This document shows, in pieces, positions 41,673 to 52,010 of a stretch of DNA of 64,000 nucleotides. Source of the DNA: Chrysomallon squamiferum (Eukaryota; Animalia; Mollusca). Under the pieces are notes generated by a model. That model worked only from the letters and a program-made list of their open reading frames with translations, searched no databases and was not told the origin of the DNA. The position numbers were made by a program, and so were the translations under genes. The stretch spans positions 11,718,001-11,782,000 of the forward strand of contig CM022670.1 of assembly GCA_012295275.1 (NCBI GenBank). Reading direction: 5' to 3'. Each line of letters begins with the position of its first letter. Position 1 is the stretch's first letter.

Positions 41673-41747
<75 letters not shown>
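41673..41747. repeat. (AG)n microsatellite just upstream of the myc promoter
   Basis: Pure AG tract of about 75 bp. Confidence 0.95.
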
Positions 41748-41750
<3 letters not shown>

Positions 41751-41969
41751 AAATTAATAATCAGGATGCAAAGAAAGTAACATTAATGCATGTGTACCAA
41801 AAAATAAATGTTTTATAAAAAGTGTCTTGCCACACCTAAACCCTTAAATACAAATTTGATAGCTGCATATGTAATACACACCCTTTAACAGTCGCAATTC
41901 ATAATATCTTCCAGTTGTAAAATGTACAATCAGGGTTATAATATTCAAATTGAAGATTTACTGGGTCTG

Positions 41970-42300
41970 ATAAGGATTTTCGTGGCGTAATTATGAGTAC
42001 TACAATTGTTCGATTGGTTAGTAACAAGTGAACTCCTCCTCCAACTCCACCCACGAATCTTTCGCGCCATTTACCATTTCACGCCCAAGACAAATATATC
42101 TCCGATTTAAAATTAAGTTCTCATGTTCTATTAATTTTTATAGTAAGGAAGTATCGAGCATCATGAATTTAAATATATAGCATTTTATTTTAGTGTTTTA
42201 ATCTAATTTCACATATTTTTAAAAATATTTTAACTTTTGTAACATTTGCGTAAAAACGACCTTGACTGAAGGTGACTCACGCGGACTAATACAGGCCACC
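41970..42300 (+). promoter_or_regulatory. myc: Probable myc proximal promoter / start of exon 1
   Basis: Inverted CCAAT (ATTGG, 42013-42017), C-rich tract 42033-42054, E2F consensus TTTCGCGCC (42060-42068), AP-1 TGACTCA (42273-42279) and CpG retention. The TSS cannot be located from sequence alone. Confidence 0.6.
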
Positions 42301-42324
42301 AGCGAAGGTAAAAAGGCTTCATTT

Positions 42325-42366
42325 ATGGAAATTGTTGAGAGTTGGGGGATCATTGCCCTTCGGTAA
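42325..42366 (+). other. Upstream ORF in the myc leader (MEIVESWGIIALR*)
   Basis: ATG at 42325 to TAA at 42364-42366, out of frame with myc, ending 13 nt before ATG 42380. It is only a uORF if the TSS lies upstream of it. Confidence 0.45.
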
Positions 42367-42379
42367 TTTTACAGAGCAA

Positions 42380-42445
42380 ATGCCAAGAAAAGTTTCTGTT
42401 CGTGTTTTGGATGCTTTTAGTTTGTTGAGTGGACATAAAGCCAAG
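42380..42445 (+). CDS. myc: Myc putative first coding exon (N-terminal extension MPRKVSVRVLDAFSLLSGHKAK)
   Basis: Strong donor AAG|gtaagg at 42445/42446 in phase 0. Joined to the acceptor ttttcttag|GAAATG (43089/43090) it reads K-E-MPYHK in frame. An in-frame stop at 42287-42289 makes 42380 the first in-frame ATG. Confidence 0.6.
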
Positions 42446-43089
42446 GTAAGGACACATTATTACTTACTGACTCATATTATGACACTGTTATCATTCATGT
42501 ATTGTTACTTAGTTAACATTCTTGCGCGGCGTACCCGGTCCGACTGTGTTCATTGTAAGTAGGTCACAATATGGAATTACACTAGCTGTAATTTCAAAAA
42601 TATTAGTAATAATTAGAGTTTTTATGTTTAATATAGGTGTTATTTGATTAATTCGAAGCTGTATAAATTATATCATAGTTCACAATATGAATGCCATAAT
42701 CGGTAGAGTGTTATTTCTACTACAAAATCGACCAACTGGAAAAATGTGACAACGTGGGTTTCACGTGGCCATAATGCCGGTATGCTGGTCTGACATTCAG
42801 CCGGAACCGTTGTTCTCGAAGTGTCTGTTGTAATATCTGTACGTGTTTCTAGACCTAACTAAACTTTAAAGAGGATAAATAATATAAAATTGATTTTATT
42901 TCATTTTCTTTTACAAGTGGGCGTGTCCCGTCATTTCTCCTTCAGCCTAATTACTTACGCTAGACAGACGTTTAACAGTACTGAAAGTGAAACGTAATTA
43001 GACGGTACATGTATACACTGTGAAGGAAGAATTTCAGAGACATTTATAGCTGTTGGCTAATGCATTTTTGTTTCGTATTTTTTTCTTAG
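42446..43089 (+). other. myc: myc intron 1 (644 bp, GT-AG)
   Basis: gtaagg donor, CTAAT branch-like motif at 43057-43061, long pyrimidine tract and tag acceptor at 43087-43089. Confidence 0.65.
42751..42930. promoter_or_regulatory. Intronic E-box and GC-box cluster
   Basis: AACGTG at 42751-42756, CACGTG at 42762-42767 and GTGGGCGTG (Sp/KLF type) at ~42917-42925. Confidence 0.4.
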
Positions 43090-43603
43090 GAAATGCCATA
43101 TCACAAACCTTCATCTAACCAGAGACTCGACCATTGCGAAATGTATTCATTTTATGATAACGACAGCGAGGAGTTCTATAATCCAAATACACCCACTCTC
43201 ATGCCCAGTGAAGACATCTGGAAAAAATTCGAACTTCTGCCGACACCACCACGTTCACCAAGGCGAGAAGGCATCTATGATGGTATTCTTGATGAATTTT
43301 GGGATATAGCTGATTTCCTAGTTAATGATAGTTTAAAACTGCCAAATTTACCATTTCCAGAGACGCCTCCTTTAAACTCAAGCTTGTGTTCTAAACTTAT
43401 TCAGGATTGTATGTGGTCTGGAAGTCACACTCTTTCAGGTTGTTCTTCTGCAGAGAAACTTGGTTTAGTGAACGGTGCTGTCAGTGGTGATTCTTTGGAC
43501 ATATCCAACACATCGGACTGTGTGGACCCTGCTGCAGTGTTTCCATATCCCATCAGTGACACACAGATTCACAGCCTTGGCACCGTGACTCCGTCAGATT
43601 CCG
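43090..43603 (+). CDS. myc: Myc proto-oncogene protein, exon 2 (main ATG at 43093; transactivation domain)
   Basis: Encodes MB0-like YSFYDNDSEEFY, MBI PSEDIWKKFELLPTPPRSP, MBII LIQDCMWSG, MBIIIa CVDPAAVFPYP and TPSDS. Donor CCG|gtgagt at 43603/43604 in phase 1, the canonical Myc intron position. Confidence 0.98.
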
Positions 43604-43787
43604 GTGAGTCAGGTTAAAGATCATAATGTTGTTATACAGTGTTCAGTTTAGCCTTTAAAAATACCACTATCATGATAGTAATTTTGAATTATCATTTAAA
43701 ACGATATATCTTCTTAATTACTGGTCTTGGGCATTTTTAATTATTTACAATTGATTTTAAAGAAACCAATGTAATTTAATTTTTCAG
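43604..43787 (+). other. myc: myc intron 2 (184 bp, GT-AG, phase 1)
   Basis: gtgagt ... atttttcag; splicing restores SDSEEEIDVVS. Confidence 0.95.
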
Positions 43788-44416
43788 AAGAAGAAATTGA
43801 TGTTGTTTCAACACCAGATGATTCGACTGTGGTTGGAAATTCGCGAACAACTGTCAGTGCAAGAAATGTAAAAACAGTGTCTGTGGCAACAGACTGTGTG
43901 AAACCGAAAGTACAGTCTAAATCAGTCGAGTTGGTCATTGACTGTCCACAGGTGACAGGACATCACAACTACAGTCTGTCACATTCGTCACATTCACAAG
44001 CGTGCAAAAGAACACGGTCCGTGTACCACCAAACACAATTTATTCCAAAAAAAATAAAACGGGAACTGAGTTTACCTGACTTGAAAACGGCGTGTAAGAA
44101 ACTTCATCGTGCAAGAGAGGCTGCTGCTAAAAACAATTCCGATTCGGATGATTTTTGTGAAGGAGGTAAGCGAACACAACACAATGTTCTGGAAAGGAAA
44201 CGTAGGAACGATTTGAAATACAGCTTTTTCACACTGCGGGACAATGTGCCAGATTTAAATGACAAAGACAAGGCACCAAAAGTGTTAATTCTGAAAAAGG
44301 CAGCAGACCACATATTAGAACTGAGACGGCAAGATGCAAAACTAACCAAAGAATTGACTCTCATTAGGGACAGACATGAAGCTTTGCGGAAAAAGTTATC
44401 AAGTTTGCGCCATTAA
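43788..44416 (+). CDS. myc: Myc exon 3 (MBIIIb, MBIV, basic region, bHLH-leucine zipper)
   Basis: EEEIDVV, HHNYS, basic cluster PKKIKR and KRTQHNVLERKRRNDLKYSFFTLRDNVPDL..KAPKVLILKKA followed by heptad leucines. TAA at 44414-44416. The spliced CDS from 43093 is 1140 nt (379 aa). Confidence 0.98.
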
Positions 44417-44731
44417 GTCAGTGTACATGTATATATGTGTATGTATATAAATATATATATATATATCTGTACATGCTGTTCACTGCCAAATTTGGGGTTT
44501 GGTTGCATTGATGTGCTGTGTTCATTTAAACATTTAACTTATGCTGAATATCATTACTTTTCATTTTGTTTTGAAATTGCTTGTTCACTTTTGTATATAC
44601 TTCAACAAAATGCAGGTAGCTTGCTATTACTTGTGTTCACAATGGAAGATAACTGTAGTTTGATTTCATTGATATGTTGTTCTTTGTGTACATAAAGTTT
44701 ATTTTGAAATCATTTACACGATTGGTGTACC

Positions 44732-44785
44732 AATAAATTCTTTGTTAACTTTATTGAAAACATTTTTGGTTTGTTTTTTTTTGTA
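44732..44785 (+). terminator. myc: Proximal myc polyadenylation signal
   Basis: AATAAA at 44732-44737 followed by a T/GT-rich element at 44763-44785. Distal candidates are AATAAA 45085-45090 and ATTAAA 45295-45300. Confidence 0.6.
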
Positions 44786-47050
44786 ATCTGTAAATATCAA
44801 TGGCTTTAACATGATGGCTTGTTAAATCTTTTTGTACAGTCAGTCACATTCCATTCATGTAACTGTTAAATGAATGTAGGTCAGTCAGACCGCTTTAGGG
44901 TCACGCTTGAATCATTTCTTTGCACTTGATTACCTCACTAACAATATATGACACTAAACACTAAAACCTTGATGCTGATTGTTAGGCAATCAATTTTGAA
45001 AATGGATTCAACTAATTTGTTTAAAAAGTTTTAAAGTGTTTCAGTTTCAATTTTTTTTGTAGGTATGCATTAATATTTTTTTCAAATAAATCTATGGCTC
45101 TTCTTGTAGTTGGTATTTTTCACAATTTTTGTCATGTGTTTGTGTGTGTGTGTGTTTGTGTAAAAGATGTGTATTGCTTTTAGGCAACCTCTGCTGAAAT
45201 GTTTGCTTTTTGCATTATTTCAGTACATTGTGAATAACATTTATCTTAAACTAAATTCTTGTATAATAAGAGAAAATGTTGAATATATTTAATGATTAAA
45301 TTAAAATTGTCATATTTACTTTACATTTGATGCAATACATCGATGTAGCCCAAACCATATTTGTTTTATTATATATAAGTAAATTTGTATCGATTGGAGC
45401 TGCCTGTTATTTAGTCTACTTGAAATGGGGAATTGGACAATGCTTGTATTTTTTTAATTATTTTTTTTTAATGTTATAAATATGTCAAATCACCTTTTTC
45501 GGTGAAAATGTTCCTATTACGTGATGTTTATCGAATGTTTATAAAGGGTTTGTTGGTGACATAAAGAATGGATATAAACCTTTATAACAACTTTTATAAT
45601 CTTCATTTCCAAAATTTTTATCTTTGATAGATTCATTGTACTGTCAGTGTTCATTTTATTCACACAGGCGTAAAACTAAAACAATGTAAACAATTCTAAA
45701 TTTGTTGTTCATCCCCATCCCACACACTCCAGTTAGTAGTTATTCCTCATATAGTTTACTATTGATCTACCTCTACTAAATAATAATTTAAAAAATAGTT
45801 TGATTATTAAGGCTGTTTGCCGGACTACTTTCGTCATTTCTTCTGCTTGTGCAACGCGATCCGGTTTCCAGTCACTGCACGATTTTTGCGTGCTAGTTAT
45901 TTGGCTGTCTGACTGCCCTGTCAGGTTCGATGTCCACAGGTTGCGCAATGATGTATGTTCATATCGTTTACATATCGAGTTCGTATTCCAAGTAATTGCA
46001 CCGACAGTAGAGGCAGATTCAGTCTTTATTAGTAGTAATAGTAGTAATAATTTGTTAAATGTTTTTTTTTTTTTTTTTTTTTTCGATATTATTTTGTTAA
46101 CATTATAATTGTTTTAAATACAGGCGAGCTAATTAGGTTAACAGTATAATTACCACTATAGTTGAATACTTGAAAAAATTACTGTTGAGGGTGTATCTTA
46201 AAGAAAATGCTTGTCTTCGATGCATCATCTCCTATTTATAGGGGAACTTATCTACCGTACTACCTCTAATAGAAACCTGGTTTGTAACATTCACATGCAA
46301 GAAACTATCGTCAAAACATAGACCACAAAAAGGGTTACCTTTGGTCTCTTGTTTTAATAAGTTTTGGTTCATTTGGATAGTGTATATTTTCTTAAAATCT
46401 AAATAAATAGTTAAAATCATCAGTTTTCCTTATTTACAGAATTTTGTAGGAGAAAGTAAAAATAAAAATCGATAACGAATTAGTCGACAATAATTGATTC
46501 CAGAGAAGGTCGGGGAGTGCTAAAAATGGGTGGGTCATAGGATACGCACACTCGCATATTATGAGGTTAGGGTTCAGATAGTGTATGCAGAGTCCGGGGA
46601 TAAGATGAGATAACTGACAGTGGGAGCAGATAAGCTATATGTTAGTTATTATGATTTATTTTAAGTTTTAAAATCGTGTCTGCGGAGTTTGAAAGGTGTT
46701 TGTATTGAATATGAAGTCGAATTTATAACAGCGGCGACTTTTGTATTAGCTCACAAAACAACAGAAAAGTGGGCCGTAATCAAATATGCAGTATTCAACA
46801 GATATTCGTGGGAAGGAGATCAGAAGAAACTCTTTGCTTGTATGCAGTTTTTAGGGGTTCATAACTTGTAATCGTACTGGTCTGTGCTCGGTATGGATGA
46901 CTGACTGTGAAGTATTTTTTTGTTTCTGGTCTTTATGACAGTTTGAAAACATGGTATTTCATGACGGTTTATAACCAGTGATGTTTTTTTGTTGTTTTTT
47001 TGTTTTGTTTGTTTTTTGTTTTGTTTTTTATATTTTAACTTAAAACTGTT

Positions 47051-47079
47051 CATATTCATATTCATATTCATATTCATAT

Positions 47080-47139
<60 letters not shown>
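47051..47139. repeat. (CATATT)n + (ATT)n microsatellite
   Basis: Direct reading. Confidence 0.9.
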
Positions 47140-47141
<2 letters not shown>

Positions 47142-49359
47142 GCTTAGTTATTACATCATTCAAAAAATAATACTTGTCTCCTTTGAAAACTCATATCAAT
47201 TATAATTCTGTTTCATTTGTCTTCCACGACAGTTTTGTTAATAATTAACATATTTCTTTTAGTTCACACTTGTTAACTTTCATATTCAGGTATTATCATA
47301 TCGCTCTTCTTAAATAAGGCTTCATTAAAAATTGACAGGAATATTATTAGTCTTGTTGCATTTTTCTTCCTTTCATATATGTCTTACTTTCTTTTTAGAA
47401 TTTCAAGATCGTGTCTCAAAAGACATAACATTAGAAGTTGGGCGTACTGTCATTTCTCAAGTTTAATTAATGATAATCCTCTGGCCACATTTATAAATAT
47501 GCATGGTCATCGGATTTCAGACGTGTTTACTTATTTATTTTATTTACATGTACATTTTTTTTCTTTCGGCAAACGATTGTTTAATGTATCAGTTTCACAG
47601 ATAAGAAACCCGATACACGGAATTTGGTACAACACTCGTAGATATTTTGACTGTAACAGTTTTGTACTCCAGCAAATCATTCATTATACGATAGAAAATT
47701 TAGCACATATTTCATTTTTCATCTACAAAGTGTTTCTATGATAGATACAAAAATCTAAAGCCAGTCACTTAACATTACATAGGAAACTAATCAGTGATTC
47801 GCCCGGCTTTACTTTATAATACGCAGAGTTTTCTTGTCTTAATTGCCATTGAAATTTTGGTTATCTTTTGGGCACGTTGTAGTGAAAACAAAAGGAATCT
47901 GGAAGTTATTAAAACTAGATGACAAATTTTCATTTTTCAAGAACGTAACGGTTTTAAATACTATACTGCAATATAATTAATAATTATCGCTTTCAAATAG
48001 GATTATCGTCATTATGTTTGAAAATGGTTCGTGAAAAATCTATGACGCTTTTTTTAAAAAAAACGGAACATGACCAAATTCAGCAGCTTTCTTTCATTTT
48101 TATCTTCATCTTTGTCTTTTTTTTTTTTTCCCTCCCACAACTCCTATTACCAATATAATTTTTTTAGGAGTAATATTATTGTTTTAAATAAGACGTCCAT
48201 TTTGAATAGCGACTGACAAGACACAAATAAGCTCTTTTGACTCGACATTTCATTTTCAGAGGAAGGTTTGTGTTTGTTGATTTATTTGTTGGTACCACCC
48301 AAGACCACGATTGCTGGGAAAGCTATTTGCGGAGTAAACATTTTGCGTGTGCTACTGCTGTGCCATCGAGACATTTCAGCACATAGTCACACTGGGATTA
48401 CCGCGATGGGACAGGGTAAACAATATCCACACCTTGTACACGGAGACGCTTGCATAACGAGCATTTTGTACAACAATGCTGAGACAAAAAGAAAAAAAAA
48501 TCACGTGTCCTCAACGTAAAACGGAAATTACACACAGAAAAAAAAAAATGAAGAGATTAATAAATATTTGTAGTAGCAAATTGTTGCAGACAATTACGTT
48601 TTAAGAGGATTTTTTTCTTCTTCAGTATTAGGAAGTTACATTATGTTTAGTTCATTAGAAGTGGTGAGGAAAAAAAAAAGTGAAGATTCCCTTTATTAGG
48701 AAATTTTTATATATATATATATATATCCAACGCTGTAAAGAAACAGCTGTAAGGCAAAACCGTCATTACAATAAGTACATCCTCTTTAGAATACCATAAA
48801 CCCTAAAATGAGGAAATTTAAAGAATGTTTGGCTGTCTTAGGCAGCAAACTATGTTATAATCTATAATTTGAAATTCAAAAATAAATCGGATTATCTTGA
48901 GACAGTCGTATATAAAATGTGTAATACATCGTTTAACTACCTGAACATTTTTTTTACATGTCACATTCGATCTAAGTTTTCTGAAGTTTTATACATCCCT
49001 ATGTATATATAATTACATATATAGATATATATTTAGTAGGGCGAAAATACCCATAAGGCAATGCGGATTGGTTTAATACATATTTTAAATAAGCAGTTTC
49101 TTTTGATGTGATATTAACATTCTGGCACTATTATGTATTGCTTGAAGCTAAACAAATTAGACAGTTCACATGTATCTGTTAACGAACTGAAATAATTTTT
49201 CATTTTTAAACAGGTATTTAAATTTTAACTTTATAACCTTACATTATCTGAAGTATCCTACAACACTGCTTTAACGCTTACGTCATATAATACATTTTCA
49301 TATACACCTAACGATTATATACTGTAAATTAATTCTTCTTTTATTTAATTTTTTTAATT

Positions 49360-49390
<31 letters not shown>

Positions 49391-49549
49391 CTACGTCTAA
49401 GCTGGTAATTATAGTCAGAACGATACGAATGATATTTAAGTAAATTTTCAGAGGAATATTGACACACTTTTGTGAATAAGCAGGCTTTAAATAAACAGTT
49501 TAATCATTAGTATTAAGACAAGTGGACTCATAAAAGATCATGTAAATAA

Positions 49550-50108
49550 TCAATGCTGAGTGTTACAAAGCTCACTCAGAATCCGTGTGTTAATCACTGT
49601 TGTGACATAGTCGACTCAAAATCAGGGTGTTAATGATCAGTTTTGAGACAATGGAAACTAAGTATTAGTATGATGTTAAACAGTGCTGGGAGTAATACAG
49701 TACACTCAAAATCAATGTGTTAATAGTCAGAATAAAACCCAGATTGCTAGTTATCCGTTTTGATGTAAAGTTGACTAAAAAATCAGTGATGAAAGTGACT
49801 CATTAGACTCAAAAATCAGCTTTCAGACAAACAAGATTTCGCGTCTTAACCAGTGTGTTTAATAATCAAGAATAAAAACGTGTATGTTTCAGTCACCCCT
49901 TTTGATATAAAGTTGACTCAAAAATCATTGTTGAAAGTGACTTGTTAGGCTCAAAAATCAGCTTTGAGACAAACAAGATTCCGCGTCTTAACCAGTCTGT
50001 TTAATAATCGTGAATAAAAACGTGTGGATGTCAGTTACCCGCTTTGACTCAAAATCATTGTTGAAAGTGACTCGTTAGACTCAAAAAATCAGCTTTAAGA
50101 CAAACACC
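49550..50108. repeat. ~142-bp tandem repeat (about 2.5-3 copies) built from gactcaaaaatca subrepeats
   Basis: gaaagtgact at 49791, 49933 and 50063, with shared tagactcaaaaatcagcttt.agacaaaca. More degenerate subunits extend left to ~49520. Confidence 0.85.
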
Positions 50109-50743
50109 ACTCAGCGAGTGTTGCTGTTCTCAGTGACTGACACTCCCCAGTTCTGCTAACTCTGACCGCAAGTTCACACTGTGTTCCCTTACATCGCAGT
50201 TAGACATTTGGACTCTTCTCCGTTTTACATAAGTTATGGAATTTGTTCCTCACCTTTAGAAATATTTTAATTAATTTAGTACGTTTTGTTACCGTTAAGT
50301 CCACATGTGTTTTCTGCTTTAAACAATACCTGTATAGTTTAAATTTTGTTTCATAAACAAATAATTGTTTTTATTGTTATTTAATAGTATATTGTAGCCG
50401 ATAGCAGATACTGTTAAAATTGTCATGTTATTTATTTATTTATTTAGTAGAAATAATATATACAAAAATATTCAACATAAAACATTTTCATTAGTATAAA
50501 TTAATTCAGCTGACTGACTTTAAGTTAAGATACCAACAGAAACAGACAATGTGTCGATTAATTACTCTTTTTTTTTTTTTTCACTCATAATTACATTACT
50601 GCTCACAGTAAAGAAACCTCGTTGTGCATACACAGATTCTTGGAAGACCATACGACAGATACGGGTACCATGTTTATTACACTCATGGACGTAAGGCTAG
50701 AGTCGTTTGTCCGAAATTTTATACAGATATATTCACAAGTACT

Positions 50744-50782
<39 letters not shown>

Positions 50783-51423
50783 CAACCACTGTTCAGCCTC
50801 AATCTGGGAAGGCAGTTGCCACCAACTTTGCCCCTGCATCGCATATCCAATATTAATATTATTGTTTATAAAGACTGCACTTCACACTTCACATTGCGAA
50901 ATGATGTCACAAACACAGCGATCCAGCCAGGATCCGTCCTTGCTTTTTTGTTATACATTGTCTTACAAAGAAAGTTTTTTGTTCTTCTTTTTATTTTGAC
51001 AGTAGCTTTCCTTTTTCTTTTTCTTACTGAATGTAAGATGCAGCTTATTTTAATTTTCTCATTGAAGATTGACAGAAAATGTAGGATTTTGTGGTGTTAA
51101 AATTACAACAAACCACTGCGTGACTATTACGATTTGATTGCCATTTTAAAAATATTTAAAGACTTAAACCTGCTGTGAATATATTAAGAAGACGAGTTCA
51201 GGCTGTACCGACTATCGTTTATTAACAACCATAAACTTAGTAATAATTATTCTCTGATAAATATATTTTTACAGAAACATAGTGACCAGTCTCCTTAGAG
51301 GCAGTTGTCTTATTACTTTTACTTAAACTTTAAAATCACATTCTGATTACATATATTTACACTGTCTATATAATACAATTTGATTGGTTAAGTAAATCCA
51401 TTTGTTATACTAAAATATACATT

Positions 51424-51429
51424 TATCTA

Positions 51430-51476
<47 letters not shown>

Positions 51477-51565
51477 TATTATTTATTTATTTATTTATTT
51501 ATATTTTTTTCAATTAAATAATTATTTATTATTATTATTGTTGTTGTTGTTGTTGTTGTTGTTTT
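51424..51565. repeat. (ATCT)n, (TTTA)n and (GTT)n microsatellites
   Basis: Direct reading. Confidence 0.9.
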
Positions 51566-51862
51566 TTGTGGATGGTGTTGTATGAAAATTATGATAAGCA
51601 GTCTGTAGCTTATGCACATATTACTATATTCCTGTCAACATTAGTCACAGTGAAACTATCTATATCTGTATCTATCTATCTATTTGTATGTCTGTCTTGT
51701 TATCTATATGCCTATCTATCTATCTCTGTCTATCGATATAGTCAGTTAAGCTGTTGCCACAAAATAAGAAAAAAAAAATGTTTATATTTTCGTCTCTTCA
51801 AAACATTGTTTTTATATACAAGCATAACACGCAACCATAAATACAATAATATGAAACCGATA

Positions 51863-52010
<148 letters not shown>

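Noticed and set aside
43261-43410. A MycS-type short isoform start between MBI and MBII
   Set aside because: There is no in-frame AUG between MBI and the Met inside DCMW.
43604-43617. C-terminal GESG* of the 174-aa ORF and the GTG start of the 195-aa ORF
   Set aside because: Artefacts of unspliced translation; the phase-1 intron 43604-43787 joins the two ORFs.
43741-44364. Minus-strand ORFs 43741-43938 and 44104-44364
   Set aside because: Antisense shadows of myc exon 3 with no independent evidence.
50603-51100. Overlapping 78-158 aa ORFs
   Set aside because: They are held open by a long poly-T tract and T-rich sequence, with no recognisable domain or consistent splice sites.
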